64,000 nt of DNA from Hydrolagus colliei. Lineage: Eukaryota. The notes below the pieces were generated by a model. That model was not told the DNA's origin. It saw only the letters and a program-made list of their open reading frames with translations, and ran no database searches. The position numbers and the translations under genes were made by a program. Location of the stretch: the NCBI GenBank assembly GCA_035084275.1, contig CM068743.1:18538001-18602000 (forward strand), given 5' to 3'. Positions 1 to 12,589 of the stretch are shown piece after piece (within the stretch, counting starts at the first letter, position 1; every line of letters begins with the position of its first letter).

Positions 1-44
1 CCCACTCCCCCACTCTCTCCCCAAATCTGTCTTCCCCAAATAAA

Positions 45-270
45 TATCTACTTCTATCTTAAAAGTTGTTATCGAATTGCTTCCACCACCCTTTCAGGCA
101 ATGCATTCCAGATCTGAGCAACTCACTGCATGAAGAAGTTTCTCCTCCCCTCTGTTTCTTTTAACAACTATTTTCAATCAGTGTCCGCAGGTTACCGACC
201 CTCTTGCCAGTGGAAATAGTTTCTCCTTGTTTACCCTATTGAATCCCCTGATAATTTTGAAAACTTTTAT
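45..270 (-). mobile_element. CR1 LINE 3' fragment
   Basis: Minus-strand translation VFKIIRGFNRVNKEKLFPLARGSVTCGH is typical of the CR1 ORF2 C-terminus. Confidence 0.8.
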
Positions 271-1563
271 TAAGTGCTGGTAGCACAATTTAATGATAGT
301 TTTGATCTTTGCCGTTCTGCATATTTGAACTGGATCCATGAACTCTGTGGTCACCTTCTGCAGGCTCCTTTTGCCAAGTCTCTTTACCCTTTGATAACCA
401 AATAAAAACTTTAGCCAATACCCACATCTTTTGTTCTGCCTGAATCTCTTCCAAAGCAACTGTTGTTTACCAGGTTGAGGGCCTATAAATTTCAGACTCC
501 CTGCTAACAGTTGATTCTGTTCCATTGCCTGGTTCCTTGAAAGTGCATCTGTGTTGATCTGCTTGTTGCCAAACTGGCATTCCAATTGATAGTCAAACGT
601 AGGAGGAAAAGTCACAGATTGTGCTGTCTTGAAGACTTAATGGCATACGGCAACACAAAGAATTGTGATTATTTTGTACTCGAATTTCATCCGTCCACCC
701 AACTTTCTATTGTGGAGTAAATTTTTTTGGTTTTATTTGAAGTTGGAAGAAAATAAGTAATGTTACAATTTGTTTTTCATTTGTTACAAAAACTACTTAA
801 TCGTGAACTATGTGCAACTTTGTGAAACTTAGCAACCACTGAACAGGATTGTTGAACATTGATGATGAGTACAGTAAACAAATTAGACCTAATTATGCAA
901 TTTGAATATAATATCAGTGCATCAAACAGTTTGCAGGTATTTGCTGTGAATGTAGTGGCTGTTTTTGTAGGCAAATGGGCATCAACTATGTACTAAAGAT
1001 GAATGATCTGGTAATTGGGAGGATTGTTGGCCAGGATATTGGAAGAACCTCCCTTTGTAGTCTATTCATAATTATGGTTTGGTTCACCCTCTATTTCCCA
1101 CAATCCAGTGCAGTGCTGTGGGGAGCGTTGCATTGTCAGAGGTGTCATCCTTCAGATCAGATATTAAACTGTTCAGGCTAAATATCCTGTGGCATTATTT
1201 AAAGAGGGAAGGGAGTTTATTCTTTGAATCCTGACAAAATTCCTGTGTCATATATTCAGCGTTTATTATTATTATTATTATTATTGTTGCTAGAACTTGT
1301 GTGGGACGGATGTCACACTGAAGTAGGAAGGATTCACCTGTTTCACCATCCATCAGTCAACAAAAGATGTTCTGCTGCTTTGATCAAGAATGCCCACAAG
1401 CTGGCACTGAGCTCAGCTATTCCACACGTGATCAACTGTGACAAACTTTCCTTTAATGCACTCCGGGATGCAAACTCCGCTATGTAAATGCAAGTTGGTG
1501 TTTTATAAATTAAACCTACTTATCTTTGCCGGGTTTGCCTTCTATCTCTATTTACATGACATC

Positions 1564-2610
1564 AGAACCTAAGAATTAGAAGCAGGAGTAGGCCATTCGG
1601 CCCCTCGAGCCTGCCCCGCCATTCAATAAGACCATGGCTGATCTTCTAATCTAACTCTACCTATCTGTTTTATCTCCATATCCCTTAATCCCTTTATCCA
1701 CAAGAAATCTATCAATCTCAGTCTTGAACATGTTCAAGGACTGAGCATCTGCAGCCCTTTGGATTTTTCCATAAATTCACTACCCTCTGAGTGAAGAAGT
1801 TTTTCCTCAACTCAAGATGAAAGGGCTAACCACTAATTTTAAGACTGTGACCCCTGGTTACAGTTTCTCCAACCAGGGGAAACAGTGTCCCACTATCTCT
1901 CTGTCATACCACTTAATAATCCAATAGGTTTCTATAAGATCATTTCTATATTCTAGAGAATATAGGCCTAGATTCTAGAGAATATCAACTATCAACTTCT
2001 AGAGAATATCAACCTATCCTCATAACTCATCCCTCTCATCCCAGGTACCAACCTAGTGAATCTACACTGTACCCACTCCAAGGCGAGTATGTCCTTTCTT
2101 AAATAAGGAGATCAAACCTGCACACAATACTCTAGGTGCAGTCTCACCCGGGCCCTATACAGCTGCAGCAAGACTTCCCTACTCTTATATTCTAACCCTT
2201 TCGTAACGAATGCCAACATACCGTTTGCCTTCCTAGTTGCTTGCTGTACCTGCAAACTTAACTTTTTGTGACTGGTGTACAAGGACACCCAAGTCCCTCT
2301 GAACGCTAACACTATCTAGTCTCTCCACTTCTAAAAAGTAATCTGCTCCACTGTTTTTACTACCGAGGTAGATGACATCACACTTCCCTACATTATACTT
2401 CATCTGCCACCTACCAGCCACTCACCTAGCCTATCTATATTGCATTGCATTTTTTAAATATTATCCTCGGTGGTTACTCTCCTTCCTAGTTTAGTGTCAT
2501 CCGCGTATTTGGATATGTTAAGTTCAATGTCCTCATCTAGATCATTGATATAGATTGTAAATAGTTGAGGCCCAAGCACTGATCCTTGTTGCACTCCACT
2601 AGTCCTATTT
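1564..2610 (-). mobile_element. CR1 LINE, 5'-truncated, decayed RT C-terminal region plus 3' tail
   Basis: Minus strand reads SKYADDTK (~2491-2513), WQMKYNVGKC, DLGVLVH, KANGMLAF, LHLEYCVQ, with frameshifts. CR1 3' end at 1564. Confidence 0.93.
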
Positions 2611-2680
2611 GCATAACTGATTCACTCGAGACAATATGTCATAACTGCGGACCCAGTTTGTTTCAGAATGAGTTGAACTA

Positions 2681-3286
2681 CCGTATATCTCCGCGTATAA
2701 GGCGCACTTTTGACCTTTTCTTGGTGAGAAAAACTGAAGCATTTTCAATGATATTGCCGGCAGAAGGGAGGAGAGACAGGAGAGACAGGTAGGTAGGGAG
2801 AGAGAGAGGCAGGCAGCCAGGGAGGGAGGGAGGGAGGGAGGGAGGGAGGCAGGCCGGCAGCNNNNNNNNNNNNNNNNNNNNNNNNNNNNNNNNNNNNNNN
2901 NNNNNNNNNNNNNNNNNNNNNNNNNNNNNNNNNNNNNNNNNNNNNNNNNNNNNNNNNNNNNNNNNNNNNNNNNNNNNNNNNNNNNNNNNNNNNNNNNNNN
3001 NNAGGGAGGGAGGCAGGCAGACTGGGTTTGGCAGAAGGCAGGCAGCAAGCTCAGCACTGAAGTCCGCTGCCGCTGCCCGGGCAGCTGAGGCCGAAGCCTC
3101 GTCACCCGCTCCCCCCAACCCCCGCCGGACACTGACCAAACCCCGGCTGACAGCGCGCCGGCCGCCCCTCCTGTTTACTGTATTTTCGAGGCTCACAATT
3201 TCTTGTACCTGCGTATAGGGCGCACCCCCAACTTTCGAGATCTTCCGACGTGCAAAAAAGTGCGCCTTATACGCGGAGATATACGG
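2681..3286. mobile_element. young non-autonomous Tc1/mariner(pogo)-type MITE
   Basis: Perfect 31-bp TIR CCGTATATCTCCGCGTATAAGGCGCACTTTT, TA on both flanks, CpGs intact. Confidence 0.92.
2862..3002. other. assembly gap (141 N) inside a (GGGA/GGCA)n tract of a MITE
   Basis: Run of N flanked by purine-rich microsatellite. Confidence 0.99.
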
Positions 3287-4461
3287 TAGTTGTTCCATCT
3301 CCTTCAGTCTGACATTAAACTTCCATCTGTTATTTACCCATGTGAGTTCATGGTGTTGCACCATATTCCTTACCTGTACTAAGGCTTGGTTGAATGAAGT
3401 TAACTTCATCGTCATTGGAATGACTTTGACTTCAGAATGAACCGTTTATGCCAGATTACTGAAACTGTTACTGAAACAAAGTATTTCTGCAGAAAGTACT
3501 CTCTTCAGCAGGTTTCTTAGGAGATGTTTTACAACTCTGATTACTGAGATAAAAAAAACATAGTCAGGTTGTTCTCCAGGTTGTTGTGCAGTGGGAATAT
3601 CAATTTTAAATACAAAACACATTTGTGGAGGAGCAAACCTTCTCTTTTGCACTGCCTCAGGCAGATATTCACTCAATTCACCCAGATTTCTGAATGCTGC
3701 ATTTGCTTTCTGTACAATATTACATCTCTTCCCATTGCCTTTTCATTATAACATGATTTACACAGTTTCATCCACGATTTATAACTTTTTCAACCAATTT
3801 GGTAAAGCTAAAGTGAATTAGTTCAAATTATGCATTTTAGTTTCATATCTAGTTGGAGTTTTTTTTTCAATCAAAGCTTTATTGCTGTTCACTTTTCCGG
3901 ATGTCTGATTTTGGGTGTTGTTGTAGGCTGGTTGAGAATTTCAATATGATTGTGACTCTTATTTTTTTTTAAAAAGCCACTTGAACTCAGTCTAATTTGT
4001 AGTCGCAAACTGAAGTCTTTTTGTGTTTATGGGACCACACAGCTAATAATGATATCTACGTTTGATATTTGTTGTTGAAACGTTCTTGAAACATCTTTAT
4101 AAATCTGAAATAGAGTAACCTGTCTGACAATGAAAACAAGATCATGGATGTTGGTGGGAGTGTTGGTATGGAGTATAAGGTTGAGCGAGGAGGGCAGTGA
4201 ATTTGGAAGATAAATGTTACAGGATTTACTGCAAAGTATAGTGACTATTTATAATAATAAATAATAATCCTTAACATCCCGGAGCACAGGATATACAGCA
4301 AACTGTGTGTGCCAATTTTACAATGGCCCACAAACAGCCATGAAGTGAATGCCTAATTTTTGGGGGGAGATTGTGGCAGGAGATTATGAGAAATACCTTT
4401 CACTTCTCAAAATAGTGCCATGAGATCTGTAATGCCTGAATGAGCAGAAGAGGCCTTGGTT

Positions 4462-4700
4462 TACAACAACAACAAAAATGCACTTATATAGCACCTTTCA
4501 TGTCGGGAGGACGTACCAAAGCGCTGATCAGTCAGGTCGGGACCCGAGCGGGTGGGGGTGGGGTGTGGGTCGGGGTAGGGGGAAGGAGAGGGGGAAGAAT
4601 TAGTTGGGGAGCCGAAGGCGTTGTCGAAGAGGAAGGTCTTGAGACCGGCCTTCAAGGAGAAAAGGGAGGAAGCAAGGGGCTGTGGAATGGAGTTCCACAG
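4462..4700 (-). mobile_element. L2 3' end
   Basis: (CAA)n tail plus LWNSIP..LKTFLFD on the minus strand. Confidence 0.82.
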
Positions 4701-6249
4701 CAGAGAGTCTCCCACATAAACTCTTATTGGCAGGAGGGCACCTCCCAACAATGCAGCGCCCCCCAAAACTGCATTGGAATGCCAGCTTGGATGATGTGAA
4801 GTCCAATACCCTGAGTGGCGCCTGAACTGAAAACAAATTTCAGCTCAGAATTCTTGTCCGCCTTGGTTGTTCGTGTTATTGGGTGGGCAGCATATGCCCA
4901 AACCTGCTGTATCCACTATTATCTTTACAATTATCAATATAAACATATAATTTATAATCACTGAGATGCTCTCCTGACATGAAAAAATTCATTTTGTTAT
5001 TGTTGCCGTGGCTTAGCTTAGTCAGTGTTCTTTATTTTGCTCCCGCCACCAATTGGTTGTGTGCGTGCTCCGTGACTCAGGATGCAGCTGTGCCACAGAC
5101 AGCTGCCGCACCCACCAGGTGCAATTGCAGTGTGCGCGTACAGGTGCTCTGTGACGCGTGATGCCATAGCACCAATTTGACTTGGAGGCCACCAAGTGTA
5201 ACTGCAGCGAAAATTGCAAAACTGAAAATAACTCATGAACAATACGAGATACCCCAAAACAAATCTGCCCGTGTCACTCCCAGATGCAAGACCTTTCTGA
5301 TGAAGTGTAAACCATGTAACTACATCAATCAGTTACTGAGATCCTTCTTGAAGCACAGACAGATATTGTTGTTTTATTAAGATAAAAGATAGAAGGAGAT
5401 GAGTCTCAATTGTTGTAGATTAAGTGCGGCAGTTAATTGTGCACAGTGGTGTCCGACAAAGAGTCAGGCAGTGGGTGACCAATTTTCCTTGGGGGATTTG
5501 TTGCCCAGGATAATGGAAGAAACTCTCTTCTCTTTCAAATAGTCCCATGGGATCTTTTAAGTATATATACTTTACAATACAGATCCTATAAGACACCTCA
5601 ACAATGTGATAAGCCACTATATCAAATGCAATTTAATATGCAAGATTATTATTCATTGGAACTGTGGTTTAACAGCTCCGGTCATGCAGCTCTCTTCAAC
5701 GCTGCATTGGAGTATCAGCAAGGACTGTATTAATGACTCGTGGGAGATATGGGTTGGGAGGCTGCCAATTTGCAGACTGCCACACCCTGAAACTTGTGGT
5801 CAATGAACATCTTTCCCACAGTATTGTTGCATCCCTCGGAGTTAATCTAGTGTGTCATTTCTGAGCAATCCAGAGACGAGGAGTGCCTGTCCTGGAGGTT
5901 CGTGAACAGAATGCTACTGGGTGTGGATAATACAACCTCTGCTGCCAATTACAGTATGCAATGAAGAATATTTATTGTGTTAGGGGTTTAGAGTTTTCAT
6001 CAATTAGATCACAGAATTATTCCTCATTCATTTCAAAGGGTGGTTAGAGTATGGATCTCCTCACCACAAATGGCTACTGATGCAATGTCCATAACAGTAC
6101 ATAAAATGGATTCAGGCTAAGTATCTGAGGAATATTAAAAGGTGAGAGCAGAGTAAATAGCTCCGGGGAAAGGGTGTGTGGGTGGTGGGGAGAACGAGAT
6201 AGAGAGCATAGTTGCAATAAGCCAAAGGGGTTGTTGCTGTTATGTAGTA

Positions 6250-6475
6250 CAATAAAAGCCCATTTATCTGGCACCCGATCAACCGTAACTTCCGTATAAC
6301 CGTCATCACCAAAAAAAGGTCCGCATTCGATTAACCGGAATTTATCTGGGAAAAATGCATCGAAAACAAATTATTTTTTTAAAATACATTTTTTGCGTTT
6401 TCAGCTGAATATCCAGCTGGCACTTTAACCGGCATTGGCCAGGTCCCAAGTGTGCAGATAAACAGGCTTTTACTA
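6250..6475. mobile_element. Tigger/pogo-like MITE family X, short copy
   Basis: TA-flanked with imperfect TIRs CA(G/A)TAAAAGCC..TTTATC. Same sequence at 19351 and 55254. Confidence 0.85.
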
Positions 6476-7973
6476 TATTAATTACAGCTTTGCATGCAGT
6501 TTAAATTAACTAACTTGTTTGAAGCACTTTGATACATTTTGACATAAGTTGCTGTGTCGAATGCAAGTATAAATTACTTGATTGTTATTCATTATCATCT
6601 ATTCTCAATTACGTTATAGTTTTGTAACAAACTCCAAAGGCAGATCTGCGTCAACACCCAATGAACAAGTAAAACCGAGCTCTCGTGTCAGTAAAGCCAT
6701 GGGTGTGAACATCTTAGCCACTTGTTGGTTGATAGTAATCCAGTTAGGTCATACAGCTGTAAAATTGTTCTTAGTTAACTCTTGGCTTGATGAATCTTCA
6801 TGCCTCAGGAAATTGGTGTATTCCATAAGAAATCTGCTGACCCTACATACCAGGGCATATCGTGCATGATCACAAGAAGAGGCTTACTGCAATCTCAAGC
6901 TGTTTGATGAAATTGCTTGTGAACTCCTACAGCGTCCAACGCTGTCTTTAACTACATTAGTGGTTTCACATGATCTGAGCCTGAATTTGGGAGGTTGTTG
7001 GTGCCCGGGCTGATGGTAATAACTCATATATACCCAGTATGGTCATTCCCACTGTGATTGCCATGCCCAGATGTCTTTGTCAATCTTTTCAGAAACTGAA
7101 TACCACACCTCTAGTTGAGACCCCCACTGCCACTGACCTGTGTAAAATATTACTGTGTAAGTAGCTGTTAAAAGGTATGTGAGATTAGCCTGCTGTAATT
7201 TACAGCCACAGTTCTAACTGTCTGTGTGAAAGTATCATACTACAGATGGAGGAGCAACAACTGGCATACTGGAAATAAACTACAAGGCAGCCTCCATTAG
7301 ACAGCGGTCATCTGTGTTCATTGTCTTGGGCCCCATATTACAATGAAGCACAGAAAAATAGCTGACATTACTTCCTGTGCATTTTAGTTGGTTTCTTGGG
7401 CTTGAAAAAAAAACGTAACTACAGGTGGTCAGAATGCTGTTAGCATCCTTCCGTGCGGCAGGAAAAAAATGCCACTGACATTGGTATAAATTGAAAAATA
7501 TATCATTATATTGCTGTTTTTAGATTAATTTGATCCTATTTATCTTGCAGGACATAGCAACCAGTTTATTTTTCTCTGGACATTTAGTAAGGATTTTATT
7601 GCTACTCTTCATAGCCCAAAAATCAATGGAATGTCTGAATCTATTTACACTGATTTTCTGTAATATATTTATGCAGAAGGATTATTTCGAAATTCTTTCT
7701 GAACGTTTCATGAACCTACAGCATATCTGTATTCCTTCGGGAAGCAGCATTAAGAGCGCATGGGTTTTCCTTCGGAGTTAAAACAGGGAAGTTCGGATAC
7801 AATTACTGGCATAAAGTCAACAATTTCTGTAAAAACCAGCAACAGTCCTTAACAGTGTGACTACTGTTATTATGAACACTAAAATCAAACTTTAGTCCTT
7901 GTTCAAGGGAAAAGCTGGTTAAAAACAAAATAAAACGTGCGTGTTTAATACAATATTCCTATTTTGTTTCCAG

Positions 7974-8785
7974 ATGCAAAGAGAGGTGTTGTACGCAACA
8001 AAAGACTTTCGTCACCAAGTTCCAGGTCCAGGCTCCTTCATCCATGGACCACCAAACTCACCACCTTTAACCCATTCTATGCCGCCTTCACCATCCAGGA
8101 TCCCGTACAATGGTGGGAGAGCCATGCCAGGCAGTGCCACTGTCCCTCGGGACAGACTTTCCAGTGTGCCATCGTCAAGATCCATATCCCCAAGCCACCC
8201 TGGTGCCATCCTGGAGAGGAGGGATGTAAAGCCCGATGAGGATTTGAGCAACAAGAACCTTGCACTGTTCAGAAATGAAGGCCTCTACGCAGATCCGTAC
8301 ATGTACCACGATGGGAGGATGAGCATTGCTTCCTCTCACTCTGGGCTTCCTGGAGATATCCCGGATCACGTCGCCTTTCATCGCCCATCGGTCCGGCCCG
8401 GCAACATGTATCCAAATTCCCCTGTGCAGGGTGAGATGATGGAACAGTCCTTGTACAGAACAAAGTCCAGGAAATATGCTGACACTTACATACCAACAGT
8501 GGGCTCCAAAACACCACCACCCTCCCCTCAAACGATGAGTGACATCAGAATGATGGAGCTTCACGGGCCAAACAGCCACATGGCTCACACCATTCAGCCT
8601 GACAGATCCTCTCCAGTGCGTTCGATCCGCAAGGATTCCGGCCAACCTGGGCTCCTGGAAGCAACAATCCCTAAATCCCGCAGCAATGCTCCTTCGCCTT
8701 CCATTTGCGATGTTGTTCCATTTTCAGCTGAGAAACTAATGTCGGGGGTTATCGCATCTTCAGCAGCAAATGATCCAGAGACAAG
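7974..8785 (+). CDS. KIAA1217: Sickle tail protein homolog, internal exon A (MQREVLYA...NDPET R), Pro/Ser-rich
   Basis: ttttgtttccag|ATG acceptor and AG|gtaag donor. Peptides PPSPSRIPY, ILERRDVKPDED, RNEGLYADPY, SRKYADTYIPTVGSKTPP closely resemble KIAA1217 as I recall it. Phase 0 to 2. Confidence 0.95.
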
Positions 8786-8793
8786 GTAAGGAG

Positions 8794-9082
8794 TGGAGTC
8801 CTGTAGCTCAGTGGTTAGAGCATTCGCTTCACAAGCGAGACACCTGGGTTCAATTCCAGGCAGGGTGAAAGCTTGGGCAAGTTTCCTTACTCCACACACC
8901 TAATAATAATAATCCCTCAAAAAGAAAACAATAATAATTTGGTCACTCAATCCACAATTGTTGGCTGCCGCATTTCACCCACAAATATATAATCAATTCA
9001 CTTTACAGTATATTCTGTGAAGTGTTTTGAGATGCCTAGAAGACATGAAAAGCTCTGTATGAAATGCAAAGATTATTATTAT
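8794..9082 (+). mobile_element. tRNA-derived SINE (short variant), full length
   Basis: Head with A box TAGCTCAGTGG and B box GGTTCAATTCC, tail ATGCAAAGATTATTATT, TSD TAAGGAG. Confidence 0.93.
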
Positions 9083-11859
9083 TAAGGAGATACAGAGCCT
9101 GTGGTTGCGATTGAATGCACTCAGTAGGAAACAACGATGGTTGTGACATATGAAGGCTAACACCCATTTATTGCTTCTAGAGTTGAATTTGCTCCTTTGC
9201 GTTCCAAGAACCTGCTCCAGTCCAGTGCATTTTTGTGCAATTTAATTATAGTAAACATATTTGTTTGCCAAGAGATTTTGAGCTTCGAGTAGGATATCTA
9301 TGATCGTCGATTTGCCTAATCTTTCACCACAGTCCACTTCATTATACGTTTAGTCATTTTTTTAAAAAGAGGATGAATGAACAATGCTTCAGGGTAAAGG
9401 CTTCAGTAAAGTTTTTCTTGTGTGTTCAGATCCCTCTCCTCTGTATACACGTTTGACAGAAAAATATTTAACTGTAATTTTTTTAGCGAATATTGACAGA
9501 CAACTGCGTATTTGCATTGCACAATACTTTGAGGAGAACTATCATAATAATAATAACAATGAACTTGGCATTCGACATCGTGCCTTTTCACATCGTTGAG
9601 GCATCTGAAAGTGAAACGAAGTGTAAAGTGAATTGACTCTTTATTTCGTGGGAAAAACATGTCAGCCAATTGCGCACAGCAGTGTCCCGCAAGCAGTCAT
9701 GGTTTGAATGACCATGTTTTTCTGAAGTTGCTGAAGTTGTGAGTCAATGAGTTGGCGTTGAAGCAATAGCGTTGACCTCACTCCCAGGTTAAGCAGATGG
9801 GGAGTTAAGGGTCCAGAATTGGTTCAGACCTCCACCATCCTAGCTGTAGCAAATCCATATTCAGCTGTACCAAATCTCCACCACCCCACTCCACCCCCCA
9901 TCTTCCCAGTCTTTTCCACACTCCGTTGGCTCCCTGCCAGAACTGATTCATTGCAAGATCTTCACACTCACCTACAAATCATTACATGTTCCTCCCAATT
10001 TGCTCATATCCTGCTCCTCTATTCCCTAATTTGGTTGACCAGGTCTGGCCTTCTGTGCATCTCCTGACATCTCCGTTTCGCTATCGGCAACCAAGCTTTC
10101 AGCCCTGTGCCCCTAATCCCCTGATGCTATTCCTCCACCTTACCCATATCCATTCCTTCACCCATATTCAGATTAGACTTGATGACTTTCCCCTTGGTGC
10201 CTCTGGTCACGACCCATTCTCCGCGGCTCGGTGTGTCACTACGCGATTGTTCAGTGCTCCAAGGCGCATTATTCCCCATGAATTCCAAATAAGTCCAAAT
10301 TGTTGTTGGTGCAGGCAATAAGAGTGTCAGCACTGTAAGAGCGTCAGCCTAGACTTCCAACATTGAACTTCATGAGTGGGGAAAACTCAAAGTCACTACA
10401 GTACTTCCAAAGCGAAAGGCACTAACTAACTATATCAACTGTAAAGAATATTGTTACAGTGAATTTGGGGTTCACTCAGGTAATCCATTTGCAATCAAAA
10501 TTTCAACCATGATAATACCAGAGCAATGAATAAAATACAGGATGTGATGTTCAAAACGAATGAACCAATGGACTTCTAAATCCCAAATGTAACTTGATAC
10601 ATTGTTCACATTTCTGCATAGTTGCTACTAAAAAATATATAAATGCATTTTTGAAGCATATGGTGCAGATTGTTTCTCTTTGTTAAAACACAGCATAGTT
10701 TTAAAGGTCGAATTCAAGAATATATAATGTGAAACAGATGGTGAAGTTGGCTGTTTGTTTTAAAGTACAAATGTGACTTCCTATAAAACTGACTTGGATT
10801 TGGAGCCTGGAATAACTTGATGAGTGTATTGAATTGACTGAAATTGGAAGTGTATATTTTTTTCTTACTGAGCATCAAATAATTATTCAATGATTAATTG
10901 TCAAAAATTTCAGAGTGATGGAATAAATGGGTGAGTGATGGATTTGCCTGTATAAGGTGCTCACTTTACATTGGTGGTTTTAGGTTCATGCCCCGACAAC
11001 ATTGCCTTCTGACAGCTGCACCATTATCCATTCAACATAAAAATTACCACAAGGAGAATCTGAGATTGCGACATTTTAAACCACAGCTAACTCAGTCATT
11101 AGGCTACTGCTAGTTCTGCCATTATTGCACCAGGTCAGTGTGAACGCTTTGAATGGAGTCCCAGAGAACTCCAGGAACACTGCAAAATGCTACTGCCTCA
11201 AATTACGAGAGCTATTTCGGCCTCTCCCTCTGTCCCACTATCTATTCACTCCAATTCCCTTGAGTCTATTTTCATTGACTTTGCTCTGTTACTGTCTCCC
11301 TCACTTTAATTAAATCAGCAACAACAACTTGCATTTTCATATTGCCACTCGAAGCACAATCTACACTCACTGCTTCTGTCTTCTAGTCTCCTTCCTAAAT
11401 TGTAAATTGTGTTCCCTGACGTGACTCTGGGTATCAGTCTTGGCCTCCCCCTGATCCCACACCAGATTATCATTCTTCCATTAATGTCACTCAGTTGAAC
11501 AGATTTTGAATGAACCCATGAAATCTACCTGCATCCCAGAGCATTGAATAACTTTAATCACCTATGAGGCTAAAAATGTAAAAAGTTATTCCAATGTGTA
11601 ACTAAGAACGTAAATTGATTTTGAAAGAAAGACACTACTTAGGCTTCAAAGGGCACATCAACTTCTTCCTCCTCCCCACGGGTTACATGGCTCATGTTTC
11701 TCTGTGGTTTTTCTGTAAATGCCTACTCTGCGTTGTGTGTCTGATGTGTAATACCTACCAGGCAACTTATCAATTTCATTGCACCTTCATCTCCCAAAGG
11801 GGAGGAAATGACTCAGGATAAGAGAAGCCCCACCCTGAGCAATGGTTGCAGGAAAGTCT

Positions 11860-12145
11860 TTTCAGATCTCATTATTGTAAGTGAGATAATACAAGGGGGC
11901 ATAGTGTTAAAATTAGAGCAAGGTCATCTAGGAGTGAAATCACCTTTTCACGCAAACAGTAGAGGAAATATTTCTCCCAAGAGTGCATAGTTGCTGGACT
12001 GAGGTGGGTAGAATTTTCTTAGGTAAGGATAACAAAAGATATGGAGCAAAGGCGGATAATTGGAGTTGAGCTACAGATCAGCCATGAACTAATAGAATGG
12101 CGGAACAGGCTTGAAGTTCTAAATGGTCTACTCCTGTTCCTATGA
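11860..12145 (+). mobile_element. CR1 3' end, decayed
   Basis: ...AGATCAGCCATGA..GAATGGCGGAACAGGCTTGA...CTACTCCTGTTCCTA, the reverse complement of the 1564 tail. Confidence 0.75.
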
Positions 12146-12589
12146 GATGTCTCCAGATGCTTGCGTTTCTCGGGTTTGCTTAGGTTGCTTTTGAGTTAGC
12201 TAATACTATAGAGTAAAATCTTCCCAGCCAAGATAATATATGAGGGGCTTGGAAAGAAAGAAAAAGTCAGCCAGGGTTCCTGCTTCCCAATGCTATCTGC
12301 TGGAAAGTGATATGTGTGGAGGTTCAGTTGTTAGACTTCCCCACCCTTACCACTGACATTTCCTGACTAGACTTACATGTGAAGAATGCATGAATCAGTG
12401 CATTTCAATAGGAGTGATGATGGAATAAACAGATGTTGGACTGAATCTTACATTTGCATGATGACCAACATTTATGGGTGTCTTGTTTTGCAATGTTAAT
12501 AAAATGCATATTTAGCTCTCTCGTCAATCCAATGAGCTACACTGTCTATGAGGTGCGGTAATATTTCTCTGAAGCAATTTTTAAAAATA

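Noticed and set aside
2605-3415. 175-aa and 245-aa ORFs
   Set aside because: They span an N gap and a microsatellite in a MITE, with no transposase motifs.
1-7973. Upstream KIAA1217 exon or a separate gene
   Set aside because: The short ORFs here are TE-derived or unsupported. No homologous peptide with matching splice sites was recognised.
8794-8870. tRNA-Val-like sequence (also at 23668, 37187, 56206)
   Set aside because: SINE heads: each continues into the same body and (ATT)n tail, TSDs are visible on some copies, and the stems are mutated.
8012-8899. Antisense ORFs over exon A
   Set aside because: Shadow frames of a GC-rich coding exon. One runs into the SINE.
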